DNA of 41,866 nt from Octopus bimaculoides (Eukaryota): positions 76,837,359-76,879,224 of the forward strand of contig NC_068983.1 in assembly GCF_001194135.2 (NCBI RefSeq), given 5' to 3'. Each line of letters begins with the position of its first letter. Position 1 is the stretch's first letter. The notes under the pieces are model-generated. The model did not search any database. It had not been told where the DNA came from and saw only the letters and a program-made list of their open reading frames with translations. The position numbers and the translations under genes are program-made. Below are positions 12,367-25,949 of the stretch, piece after piece.

Positions 12367-12646
12367 TTACTTCCTGGAAAGTTCCGACGAAGGGACGAAT
12401 TACTTCCTGGAAAGTTCAAAAAGGGGGAGAGGGGGAGGAATTACTTCCCGGGAAGTTCCGAGGATGGGGGGAATTACTTCCTGGAAAGTTCCGAGAAAAG
12501 GGGAATTACTTCCTGGAAAGTTTCGACGGGGGAGCAAATGCTCCTGGAAAGTTCCAAGTAGGAGAGGGGGAGGAATTATTTCCTAGAAAGTTCCGAGGAG
12601 GGGAAGGAATTACTTCCTGGAAATTTCTGAGAAAGGGAGGAATTAC
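12367..12646 (+). repeat. Minisatellite-like array of 8 copies, core gaattacttcctggaaagttccga, with G/A-rich variable linkers
   Basis: Core positions 12371, 12404, 12445, 12478, 12510, 12541, 12580 and 12614 (spacing 31-41 bp), plus a partial ninth copy. Confidence 0.95.
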
Positions 12647-14263
12647 ATGCTCATAATTAAATAAATCTTTTACTGATTAGACAGGCGTTCAATTGAATAG
12701 GTCTCACAAACAGACTACGTACACATTCTTTCTTCACAACTCCTGAAGCCATTTTCTTACAGAAGTGGGTGGAGGGTCCAATCGAAATGGGACGCGAAAT
12801 GATCAGGTTGAGAAGTGCTGTTATAGATTATACCTAACCAAAAACAATCACAGCCACATCATCCANNNNNNNNNNNNNNNNNNNNNNNNNNNNNNNNNNN
12901 NNNNNNNNNNNNNNNNNNNNNNNNNNNNNNNNNNNNNNNNNNNNNNNNNNNNNNNNNNNNNNNNNNNNNNNNNNNNNNNNNNNNNNNNNNNNNNNNNNNN
13001 NNNNNNNNNNNNNNNNNNNNNNNNNNNNNNNNNNNNNNNNNNNNNNNNNNNNNNNNNNNNNNNNNNNNNNNNNNNNNNNNNNNNNNNNNNNNNNNNNNNN
13101 NNNNNNNNNNNNNNNNNNNNNNNNNNNNNNNNNNNNNNNNNNNNNNNNNNNNNNNNNNNNNNNNNNNNNNNNNNNNNNNNNNNNNNNNNNNNNNNNNNNN
13201 NNNNNNNNNNNNNNNNNNNNNNNNNNNNNNNNNNNNNNNNNNNNNNNNNNNNNNNNNNNNNNNNNNNTATATATATATATATATATATATATGCATACAC
13301 ACATATATATATAAGTATATTTGAAAAAAAGCAACACGAATCCAATAGGTTATAGCAGTACGTACGTTTCTTACAAGCTCCATTTATTCATGTAGTGAGA
13401 ACACTACATAAAATGTACAATGAAAATGTACTCCTCAGCTGTATAATGGAATTTCATTTTAGAAAGTCATTTTTAGATGTGTGCAAAAAAACAAGAGTAA
13501 GAGAAGAAAACATACCCTCTTGACTATGCTGTTGTTCAACAGTCTAGTGAATCAAACAAGAATTTAAATTGTATATAATCTAATTGGAGGGGTAGTAGTA
13601 ATTTTAAATTTAGAGGAAGGTAGAATAAGTAGTGATGGACAGCGGGTTAGGGGTAAATCAAGCATGAGGGAAAAAAAGAAGAAAAAAAATGGAAGGTCAA
13701 TACCCTAAGGAGTGATTAGAGAAAATTTAAGGTAAGGGAATTAAGGTTAGGGTATTAAAGAAATATATCTAGTCTACAGTATATTTAGAATAATACAACG
13801 AAACACTAAAGTACTAAGTTTAAAACCATAGGGAACCTTAATAATTAAATCAGAACAAGATAAACATTTATAGTTAAAATAAGATATACATTAATGTGGG
13901 GTAGTAGAAGAGAGATATTATTTATGAGTAAAACCATAATATTAATGGCCAAAACCTGAACAAAAAGAAAGTGGGGAAGAAGGAGGAGGAAAAAGTGAGA
14001 GGAATAAAGTTAGAAAAACAGGACTAAAGAGAATTAAAGCTAAGATTTTCGGAAAGGTAATATGGTAGAAGAGACTCAGAATTACCTAGAGAAAATGTAG
14101 GAATATTATCAATGGGTTGGGAAAGGTTAAAATGTATTCTAAGTTTATATTTAAAAGTTATAACTCAAATAAAATAGTTATTAGTCAGGGAAATGAGAGA
14201 AATTAAAATAAAAAAAATATTAGCAAGATTTACTTTTTAAAATATTTACTTTTTAAAATATTT

Positions 14264-14705
14264 TTTCTTCTAAATTTGTAATATTACAAATTTAGAAGAA
14301 ACAATTCTATATGGCTTAACATCCCTTACAACTATGGAGTATCTACGAACATCTATAAGAAATTTATGGTTATCTTACAAAACAATTTCGACCCTAACCA
14401 TAGATATTATAAAATCTTCTCTCAACACACAATCCGTATCTCATACTATATTCTCCCCAATATAGGATCTATTATCAATAAGAAAGAACGTTGACCTAGC
14501 TAGGACCCTTGAAAATAAAAATTGTATTATTATTGATAACAATAGAAATAACTACCAAACAATTAATAACACCAACGCAACCAATAATCATGCACATCTT
14601 AATGAACATATTAATACTTCAACTGTTAACATAGTTGATGAGATAAATCTTCCTAGCTCAAACAATATCAATTGCATATCTAATAATACAACCAGCAATA
14701 TTGAT
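14264..14705 (+). mobile_element. Penelope-like retroelement fragment (RT/GIY-YIG linker plus Asn-rich stretch)
   Basis: 14288 onward reads KFRRNNSIWLNIPYNYGVSTNIYKKFMVILQNNFDPNHRYYKIFSQHTIRISYYILPNIGSII. This matches the PLE linker pattern IWFNPPY..V.TN...F......F......KIF...T.K.SY...PN...II. Confidence 0.8.
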
Positions 14706-15922
14706 ATCAGTAAAGCGATCGACGGAGCTAACCATAATATCGTACTATCAAAATTGACAAATATTGGTATCCGTGAAAAAATGCTACGCTAGATTGAGTA
14801 TTTGATGGAGAACAGAACACATGTTGCGATCTGTGGAATCCAATGAAGCCCAGCAAAAGTCGCCGGTGGTGTCCCTCATGAGTATGTTTTGGCCCTGATC
14901 CTGTATATAATCTATATAAACGCCCTTATCAGCGCCCTAAAACATAGCAAAATTAAAATATTTGCTGATGACTGTAAGCTCGAGAAAATTGACAATGAAG
15001 AAGGAGACCGAATTCAACTCTGGTCTAATCTACATGCTGTGAGTCAATGGGTAGACAAAAACAATAAATTGTAACTCAACGTGGGAAAATTTAAGCTGAT
15101 GCATTTTGGAAAAAGACTATGCTAAAACAGCCATAATCTCTTCCTTCAGGACAACCTCTCACAACATCTAATAATATCAAAGACCTAAGAGTAATTGTTG
15201 ATAACAATCTCAGTTGGAGTGCCAACATCAACAAGAAGGTCGATATAGTTCGTAGGATGAGCTCCGGGATCCTAAGAACCTTCTGGTCCAGAGAACAAGG
15301 TGTCATCACCACTTTCCTCCTCCTTTGTACAACCACACCGCGAATACTGGTCTCCCCTGTCTTCTCCCCATACAAAACAAAGCATCTCGAAAATTGAATC
15401 ACCCCAGAGGTCATTCACTAAAAGAATTAAGAGCATGACTGATCTCGATTACTGGGACGGCCTTAAAACATTGAAAGTATATTCTCTCCAGTGCCGCCGT
15501 GAGCGATACATCATTTGCACGATGTGGAGAATATACCATCAGCATTGCCCAAACGACCTCATCATTAACTTCAAAGGCTAGGACTACGGGCCGTACGTCC
15601 CCTTTAATTCAGGATCACAACGTATAAAACGCTGCACCACAATTTCTTTACTTGCCCTATTTAACATTGTCCCGAAACAGATTAAAGAAGAAAAGTATCC
15701 CACTACCTTTAAACGGAATCTGGAAAATTTTCTTCAAGGAATACCAGATAAGCTACCTATATCTGGATACAACTCAGTCAACATGAACTCCCTACTCCAA
15801 TGAACCATGGTACTACAAAACTTGACTTGAACAGTATTTAGATAATCCTATCAGGTGGTGATATTAAGTTAGACATAGCCTAGACCAATTTTTGGTCGAA
15901 CTATATCTAAGTTTATCTAAGA
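14705..15922 (+). mobile_element. 5'-truncated CR1/L2-group LINE (ORF2 RT to 3' end), pseudogenised
   Basis: SKAIDGANHNIVLSKL..GI, GGVPHEYVLALILYIIYINAL..LKHSKIKIFADDCKL (RT FADD motif), DLRVIVDNNLSWS, KIESPQRSFTKRI..L.YWDGLKTLKVYSLQCRRERYII; multiple stops; short tandem tail (t)atctaag. Confidence 0.9.
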
Positions 15923-17344
15923 TTATACGTAAAAAATAGATTTTAGTTTGTCTTATAAAAATTCTCTATAAGAGTTACGATATTTGTAATTTAATGAAGA
16001 TTTGATTTTGATTTAACAATTTTCCATCGTCATCGATTTACTCACGTATACAACCATATACCATCCGCAAATTCATGTATTAAATCTTGCATCTTATATT
16101 TTTCCATTATATGATATTGGTTCAAATATAATATTAACCTTTTTTCCCAGAGTTTATTGGAGATCTATAATATAAAATGAGAATGACAGATTATATTTGA
16201 TCGCCTTATTTAATTTCCAGACAGCTATTCAGTAGAGATGCAAGTACTGGTCATGAAATCTGTCAGAGATATAAACTTTACAGCATCATAAGGAAGTCAG
16301 ATACCTCGGTCGATATTCTAGAAATAGAAACTAATTCTCCTTGGCATCAGTCTACTCTGCCTTAAAAAGAAACAATTTATTGACTATTTAGTTATTCAAT
16401 CTGGAAAGTAATATGTAATAATCTTATACATGAAACTTTTAATATAATATATGTTGATTCAGAACTCAAATGAAACTGAGCAACACGTCCAACTTCCAAC
16501 CGTATTGAAATATATAACCATATGCATACTAAAAAATAGTTACTGAGGAAGTTACTATTAATCCAGCCTCAGAAAATCACTGGGGTTTTAGTGTCACTCG
16601 TTCTAATATTATACTATATTAGGCATTTGTGTCTGTGTAGTAGTAACGTGTGTTGCGCATCAAGTAAAACTCCCCTACCATACCGAGAATTTCTCTTCAT
16701 AAATATATAACAATAACATTGTTTCTTTCTAATTTGCTTTTTTAAATGCACCCTCTTGCCCAAGTCTTTTCCAAAAATAAAAGGATACATACCAAGTCTT
16801 ACATGTCATACCACAATTAGAATTTCCTTTCATCCTAGCAAAATGAATTTTCAACTCACAAAATGTTATGAAAGGTACACTTGATAGTTGTGTTTTTTTG
16901 CCTATGCTTTACTTTTTAATACTTTGTCGTTTTACTTTTAAGACAGCCAGATGTGCTTATTTCAAAAACTTTCTGATAATTTCACCATATTTCCGACAGT
17001 ATTGTACCAACACTTTTATGCATTTGAGGAAATGATTTTATGGCATGTCGCAACAAAACGTTAAAATAGTAATCATATTCGAATTAAATATATTTTGAAT
17101 GGAATAGGTTCCATAAGGATGATTTGAAGTTAAGGCAATAGAACAGTTTTGATGTAATTTTATTAAATTCTGTAACAAATGTAATAAACTTCACTCAAGT
17201 TTAATAATAAAATTTCTATTAAATCAGATTAAATATAAGAGACTAAGCGTCTCCATGGAAGAAAAACAAAACGAAAGCGAATCATATGATTCTTGCAAAA
17301 TCCGGGATAAACTGATTAATTACTACTCAAGTGACCAGAAACGG

Positions 17345-17520
17345 CGCGCGTACTAACACACACACACACACACACACACAGACACACACATACACACACA
17401 CACGCACGCACACACAACACACACACGTACACAGACACACACACACACACACACACACGTACACAGACACACGAACACACACGCTCACACACACACACAG
17501 GTGCACACACGCACACACAA
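17345..17520 (+). repeat. Imperfect (CA)n microsatellite
   Basis: Directly visible; source of the HTHT/CVCV pseudo-ORFs. Confidence 0.95.
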
Positions 17521-18091
17521 CGTAATCATACAAAACAATAAATATGAAGCATTATTTTGATATACTGTCAAAACTGTATTAACAGAAAGAAAACAATCGT
17601 ATCAGGTTGTCTTGGTAAAAAAGACCAACACGTACTTAAGTAGACTATGCTTATTTGTACAATGCTTGTTATTAGTATTGATATCGCGATATAAATGGCA
17701 GTGGGATGAAAAGCACACACATACACCCACACACCCACACACACTCAAACACACATATATAGAGCCGTTTATATGTATGTATCTATGCATGTGTGTAGTG
17801 TATGTATGTATGTAGTGTATGTATGTAATGTATTTAAGCATGTAGTGTATGTATGTATGCTGTGAATGCATGAAATGTGTGTGTAGTGTTTGCATGTGTA
17901 CATAAAGGGACTACGTGAATGTATTAAGAGGGGAGACAGAGTTACAGAATGAGGAAAATAACAATAACAATTTTCTCCAGATATCAATACATATGTTCCC
18001 ATTTAAAACTTCGTATGTTGATATTAATAATTTTGAAACAACTTATTCAGGCAATTGCGGACGCTTTCAACTTCTTAGAGATAGTTGCATT

Positions 18092-18762
18092 ATGCGAGAT
18101 GCGTTCAGAAAGTCACCGACTCACTTTTCCCTGCCAAAACTAACGCTGCGTTTACAACATCGTTTGGGTGGGTGTTGACGCCGCCTTCCTGTGCATAGCC
18201 GATAACTTTTGTCTGAGTAGGCCGCGTCAGTTACCGGCTGTTACGCCAAGTGTACAAACGTCTAGTGCGCATTCATTGGATTTTTGAACGTATCGAGTAG
18301 AGACCTATATGTAATCACCAGTGATGATGGTTTACATGAAATCTGGGTCATGGGTTGCACCGTTCGGCATATCCTGAGCGATTTCTATGTGGCCTTGCTT
18401 GTGCTGTTCCATCATCATCTGCGGGACGAATTTTGCCGACACTCTCTGCATGCACAAATCCTCCGTTAAAATTGAATGCACCGATCCTCTGCGCATTCCA
18501 AGTGTTTGAGGAATTTCCTGAATTGTTACATAACGGTCTTCTCTGACTGTTCGTCGCACCTTCTCAATCGGCTCGTTGGTTCGGCTTGTGGAGGGTTTAA
18601 TTGATCGTGTCTCCCTCTCCACTGAGATGCGGTCATGTTTGAAAATCTTCACACATGCGCAGGAAGGGTGGCGTCATCTTCCACTCACAGGCTTTTGCCC
18701 AGGTGGCAAAAGTTTTGATATGAAAAAATAAAATTCGGATACTTTTTGAACACACCTCGTAT
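18092..18762 (-). mobile_element. Internally deleted mariner element with degenerate terminal inverted repeats
   Basis: ORF 18332-18652 is a mariner transposase segment (FKHDRISVE..RS.KPSTSRT..IEKVRRTVREDR.VTIQEI...GSVHSILTEDL.MQRVSAKFVP), followed by TIITGD. The ends match as inverted repeats at 22/28 positions. Confidence 0.9.
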
Positions 18763-19531
18763 TTCACAGCCAATGGATTACAAGGATTCATTGAATGTGA
18801 CGTCTTGGACACTTGCTAACTGCAAATATTGAAATGTATGGTCACGACTTGGATGCCTTTGGATGTACTTGGGTGCCTTTGCATGTGTAACTAATAAATA
18901 CTAACAACAATAGTTCAATAATAATTCAGCTAAACTACTTCGATTTATCTTCGTCTGTATAATCATTTACACACTTTATTTTATGAAATCCAACAGTAGA
19001 CTTTGGCATAATAGCATGTGATCGAATTATTCACTATTTTTGTTAAAACATGTAACATACACCATATTTTCAGAAATAAAAGGTACTTTATGTTTATTAG
19101 GTATAATATTGTAAAACAATCGCTCAAGACGTCTTTATAAAAGACTTGCACAGAATCCGTTAAATCTCTTTAAGTCCGAATATTCGGTATTAATTCACAA
19201 GTTTAAAGTGACCAAATGTATAATAAAACATCTGCAGTTAATAATATAAACACATTATTCTTTAAATTGGCATACACATACAATGCATCGTACTGACGAA
19301 ACATTATTTGTTCAAAAATTCGAGCGAGAAGGACCCCCATTGTTTTTGCAATATACGATCTCACATTTTATAAAATTATATGTGTCTTAAACAAAAACGC
19401 AATACCTTAGTCGCTTGCAAATTAATTGCAGTATAGATGTACTTCGTCAAGAGCAACCCAGAGCGAAACGAAAACCAATTTTATTACAGACCTATAGTAT
19501 TGGCGTTGCCCATCGAAGAAAACGAGAGAGA

Positions 19532-19570
<39 letters not shown>

Positions 19571-21225
19571 TGTGAGAGAGACAAAGAGAGAGATTTCCGT
19601 TATATTGTACCATACCAAAATGCAGAAGAAACAGATACATTGCACAATGTATCTCTGGATGAACTACATGTCACAGCACGAATTGAGTTGATAATAGATT
19701 AACTCTACAGGACTTAAACAGAGAAAACAGTGGTAGAAACAGTGGGTGTGGGCATATTTCACTCTTGCTTATTCAATTGTTTGCAAAAGAAAATGAAATG
19801 CATATATAATTGAAAAAACTATTTATTTTAGAGAAATGTGATTGACATTTAAATATGATAGCATTTTCAAGAAAAAGTTGATAAAAGATTTGAGAAGATA
19901 TAAATTCCTGAATATATTTTAGGATTCAGCAGATTAAACGAAAATGTACATTACACGGAAAATATACAACTTCGTGAGAAATTGAGTGTTGATTTCGTGC
20001 TGTGTCAGAAAGATTGAAGATGATGTCATAATGCCTCGGGAAAATCAAACAAAAACACAAAAAACAACAATCTGATGTAAATGTAAAAAATCATGGTGCT
20101 TACATAAACAATGAGAACAGTTTTAAATAAGCACCCAACAATATCAGGTTGTTCATGCAGGATTCTGTTTCTCTGTTTGTCTTTTTTCTTACCAGCTCAC
20201 ATTTACTCACATTTTGTCCAAATGTGAGTTTATATTGTACACACTCCCTTAAAAACGCACACACACATATGTATTTATCCATGTACGTATGTATGCGTCT
20301 ATAAATCAAGTTCTGGGATTGGATTCGTTAACGTGACAGACAAATGTGCAGATGTAATACACATAATTTTTTTTATACTTACCATCACACATAAATACGA
20401 GATACACAAGCATGTATTTCAATATGCAGAAATAAAATTCACACAATTTATATACGATACAAGGCTTGCATTTATAGATTTTAAATGAATAGACAGACCA
20501 CTTGACACATTTTAAAAGAAAATGAAAAGTTTAAGGAGTCTTTTGTGATGAAGAAAAAATTGTTATTGAACTTTGGCATTTTAAGATTTTGTTATGGGAA
20601 AGAAAAAAAATAAACAAAAAAAATAAGAAGATAGGAATGTAAGTTACGCAACAAAGTAGAAGCCAAAATAAATTTAAAATATAAAATAACATAAAACATT
20701 AAAAGCGTGCAGCATCATGTTATATCAAACAAAAAGAAATATGCAAGAACCAAACACGAAATCGTAGCAACAATGACAAAAATAAAAGTTTGAAAGATTT
20801 TAATAAAGATGAGTATAAACAAAGCGAATCAATAAATAAATGTCATGTAAAAGCCGTGAGACTTGTCTCTGTAATAAATATCTTTTAGAATTATTGGTTA
20901 TGGAAAGGACACAAAGCTTTTAGCTTGAAACCTAAAATTTGCTGAGAGTGTGAAACAGCTTTAAAATTTACAACTATATCCCCTTCTTTTCTCATAATTC
21001 TATGCTGTTTGATGAAAACGAACTTCAGCTATACGCGCACTCATATAAACAAACACATATATACTTACAGATACACACGCATGCACACACACACACACAT
21101 GCACACATGCATATACATCTATCTATCTATCTAAAGCTGGATACATAAATACGTATATAATTATCCATCTACGCATTCACACACACACACNNNNNNNNNN
21201 CATTCACACACACACACACATACGC

Positions 21226-21273
<48 letters not shown>

Positions 21274-21514
21274 ACACAAATATATATGAGTTCCGTCATG
21301 AGCTAATACTATACAATTATTATAATTTTGATTCATGCTATTATGCTGGTTACTTTTTTCGTTAATATCATATATGCGTTATTTTCATGAATATAGAAAA
21401 GATTACAAACTTTAGGTTAACATTTTTAACAGTATATGGGCCTACAAAATCACACACACTCAAAAATATCAAAGAGCCGCTGCGCAAACACTCGCATACA
21501 AAATGGCAGATATA

Positions 21515-21517
<3 letters not shown>

Positions 21518-21587
<70 letters not shown>

Positions 21588-21600
21588 AATATCTGTCTGT
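21518..21600 (+). repeat. (TCTA)n microsatellite
   Basis: Directly visible. Confidence 0.95.
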
Positions 21601-23053
21601 CTATCATAATGTATGTACTTGTGTGTGTATGCGTGATTATAATATGTGTATGAGTGCGATTGTACTTTTTGAAAACACAAACATATGTCTACCCGCAGCC
21701 TTTATTTGACCATGTGTATGGTTGTAATTCCATGTACACTTTCGGTAAATTAACTTTCATCTGATAAATCTGAATGAAAATGCGAGGTTGTTTAGTCCTC
21801 AGATCACTACCTTCTGTTTATGGTCTTAGAAACTTTATAAGAATATGTGAAACTCAGCTTTCACGTGGCAATTGACCACTCTACATTCTGTATATATGAA
21901 GATGTATGAGAGTATGAAGGTGAAAAGGGTAAGACAGAGAAGGGGTATGGGGACACAGGTTGCGACACGGAGAAGAGCCCTTTGAAGAGCATGTGTATTG
22001 ACATAAAACTATGAATTTTTCCATGTCCCGCGCGTCCAAACATATTAAAGTCTTTCTATATGATGAGAGAAGCACTAAGCATCATCTAATATTCACAACC
22101 TTCTTACAGTCTTTTCTCATCTACAACTAATATATCGCAAGATTTCGGCAAGGTACTGATAAGCTGTAGGCTTTTGATCTCTAAGCGACTACAGATTAGC
22201 TACTTTTCTGTAGTTGGAGATATTCGGTTTTTGTCATTAGGCAATGGAGTCCAGTTCATGAATTGGTAGATTTTTTAATCCAAACCTAGCTTATATCACC
22301 TTCAACTGTAAAATGTGTTTAATGCAAATAGCATTCTCGAGATTGAGACCAGTTAATAAGGAAATTACCAACTCTCCTGAGAATTAGAAATAACAGAATT
22401 CTAGGTTTTATAATTGCATTTTAAGTTGCTTCGTTTCAAAGTCAAATCACTTTAGAGAATATTTCATACGATCTAGATTACATTTCTATTAATCATTAAA
22501 AATCTACTGTAACCATGGAGTTTGATATAAACATTGATAATACTGAAACCCTGCCGATAATGAGTACAACACTTTTGATTATACCCGGCAATACTTTTTA
22601 CACGTCAGATAAGTGTGTCAAATTTCCATGGGAATTTGATATAAACATCGGGTACGTGATTTTCAAATTTAACCCAAATGGCACTGCACATCGTCAAAAC
22701 AATCACGCAGTATTTAAAGCAATCAAAGATACTTATGCTATGCTTCAGTGAGCTACTTGAAATACTTAAAAATCAGATTTCACTCGACGAGATTACATAA
22801 ATATTACCTATTCATCCAAGACACTTTCATCTAAAAAAATATTGCACGTGAATTAGAAAATCCGCTATAATTTTACATGGTTAGCTTCCCGGAACAAATT
22901 ATCTGGACGGCGAATTTGATTTGTTTTCTTCTTTACACTATTGTAGGTTAACCAGTTAAGAAATTGTGATGTAATTAAACTCACTCGGTAATCCTTCAAT
23001 ACATGATTTTATTCATCCACTAATGGGTGAATCGTCACCTGGTGTTAATGAAA

Positions 23054-23090
<37 letters not shown>

Positions 23091-23112
23091 NNNNNNNNNN
23101 NNNNNNNNNNNN

Positions 23113-23189
<77 letters not shown>

Positions 23190-23664
23190 ATGCATGTATG
23201 CATATGTATACGTATGTATATAAACATAAATCTGTGCGCTGGCCTGTACACAGATGTCTCACACTTGCTTTGAAAGTGCCTCTAATAACCTTCTACTTCT
23301 CTGGTTGTAAATTATTTGCTATTTGTAAGTGGAATACATAATTATTTATCATGAGAGATTCAGTATAGCTGCAAAGTAAGCGTTGTAGACAATTTTTGCG
23401 GCGTATACATAAATATCCTAATGGATAATGTAATATGTTTGGAAAAAAGTATAGCGTTGAAAAGTACGGAAGGATTGAAATTATGGAGAAAGAGTAAGTT
23501 AATGGAGGAATTGTAGAAGATGGGTTGGTGATAGAAAAAAACAATTGATATGAAAAACATTTTCCAGACCCTACACTTTTGTTGAATATATTTTAATGGG
23601 GGAATGAAACTTCCATTGCTCAAGCTTTGATGATTCCTTCGAACTCTCACTCTGTCGGTTACAA

Positions 23665-23880
23665 TAAAGAAGTTACTGTTGATTAGATCAATGGAATAGC
23701 TTGCTCGAGAAATTAGCGTGCAAGTGGTTGAAGACTCCACAGACACGTGCACCGTTAACATTATTCTCAGGGAGATTCAGCCTGACGCAGAATGTGACAA
23801 AGGTGGCCCTTTGAAATACAGGTACAACTAATTTTTGCCAACTGAACGGACTGGTGCAACGTGAAATAAAGTGTCTTTCC
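23665..23880 (-). mobile_element. SINE family C, diverged partial copy
   Basis: Collinear with 1900-2050 (gcttgctcgagaaattagcgtgcaagtggttgaagactccacagacacgtg...ggccctttgaaatacaggtac). Confidence 0.8.
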
Positions 23881-24554
23881 TATATACATATAAGAAGAAG
23901 TTTGCAAACAAGGCCCGTTCAGTATCAACGTCAAATGATCTGTTGACATCTGCGAAGTGATATCTTATTGATTGGTTGCATTTAGTGATAGAAACAAACA
24001 GTTGTTTTATGTTATTAAGTACCATACATGCAAGCATTAAGATGTATCTTCAACAAGGATTTGTTTTGGCACACCACACGTACATAAGTCAAGTTCACCG
24101 TTTTATGTTATAGTGTTGTCATTACCTTAAGCTGGGGGGGGGGGTATGTGTGTTGCAATTTGAAGCTAATATAAGTGTTGATGATACGATGAATTTTTTC
24201 CATTGATAAGTGTGGAATTTATGAGTATCTTCGTGCATATGCATAAGCACAAACGCACCTGAGCCTCAATATACCAAGAGTATCATGTACACACAGGTTA
24301 TATGACCAAACACAAACACACGCAAACATAAAAGTACACTTCAAAACACGTACTTGTACTGTATGTGGGTACGGATATTAGATATATACAGATATAAGAT
24401 ATATCACATATACGTGGGTACAACTCTATGAGGCATACAAAAATTAATACGCATATGTATATACATGTAAGTATATATATTCATACAATGAAACACACAA
24501 CTGCTCATACACATATACACAATTGTACAAATGTAATATACGTATACACATACA

Positions 24555-24555
<1 letters not shown>

Positions 24556-24609
<54 letters not shown>

Positions 24610-24614
24610 GTATG

Positions 24615-24663
<49 letters not shown>

Positions 24664-24684
24664 ATATCTGTCTATCTATCTAAC

Positions 24685-24747
<63 letters not shown>

Positions 24748-24760
24748 ATATCTATCTACG
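24556..24760 (+). repeat. (TCTA)n microsatellite
   Basis: Directly visible; source of the LSIY pseudo-ORFs. Confidence 0.95.
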
Positions 24761-25290
24761 CACGCACACAAACTCACTCAGACACACTTATAAATGAAAG
24801 ATCCAAGGATCAAGATATAGGAAGAAAGTCAGATTCAAGCAATCCGAAATAAACATTAAAAAAAACAACTTTCAAGATGAATAGTGGTTTATTGAGGCGG
24901 AAGGGTGTGGATTTTTCGTACAGAAATAGGATGAACTGAAAAAAAAAACAATTCTAGGCAGCCAGGGTTGCCGGGTATGCGAATAAGAATACAAGAGTTA
25001 AGGAATGGGGTAGATAATATCCGGGCTACACATGTCTTATAGCGATTGGAACCTCAGAAGTGGGAAATATCCAAGCGGGGTGTATACTTGAAAACTACTC
25101 CTCAGGCGACGGGTATCTTGATATAAATATAAAGCTTACTATTAATAAAAGCCAGGGTGCTTTGTGTTCTGGTACTTAAAACGAAACATAATGCATCCTG
25201 GCTTTTATAAGCAGTAACTTTTTATATATCCGTGTGACTCTATTTCTAGCCCTTCCTCTTCCTCTTTTTTCTCCTTTCGTCTCTTTCCTT

Positions 25291-25321
<31 letters not shown>

Positions 25322-25949
25322 GTGTGTGTGTGCGCGCGTATGTATGTGTATGTGTGTTTGAATGTGTGCGTCTCACTGCCTGTCTCTCTCTCTCTCGTCT
25401 TACTTCCATTTCTAGCCTTTCTTCTTTCAACTTGTCTCCCTCTTCGTTGCTTCTCGTTTTCTTTTGTCGCTCTCTTTCATCTGTTTTCTCCTCTGCTTGC
25501 CGCTGACAGGTTACCCATGGCCAGACTTTCTTTATTTCTCTCCCTTTTACACCGGTGGCGTAGCTGACCGGTCCTAAATTTACTTTGTCCCACTGAAACA
25601 CGTTTTGCATTTTCTCACCTTTCTAATCCTTTAGGATTAATTTCTAATCGTTCCCCACCATTCGCGTCGTTTTTGCCTTGCGGCAGTATTCTGCTCGTTT
25701 CTTATATATTTCGTCTTTTTCCTTCGTCCATCGTTTTAGATTACATTTATTCACTTTCGTGCGTCCACTTCTGTATCACTTTTTATCCATGTACCATTTC
25801 CTCTCGGTCCTATATTCTCCGCACTTTTGCGGGCTCCGACATCATGGGACACATTTCAGTTTTATTATTAATGGCGAGAAACTGAGTAATACCAGTGGTT
25901 CTTAACTGATGAAGAATTTGAGATCCTTTATGTCTGTCTTATATATAAA

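Noticed and set aside
12367-12646. CRISPR array interpretation of the repeat-linker structure
   Set aside because: Eukaryotic context, no cas genes, and the linkers are short, low-complexity and mutually similar rather than unique spacers
13640-13755. Telomeric TTAGGG repeats near Penelope
   Set aside because: Only isolated occurrences in purine-rich DNA, not an array
24955-25210. hAT element suggested by cagggttgcc
   Set aside because: No convincing matching inverted terminus or 8-bp target duplication was found
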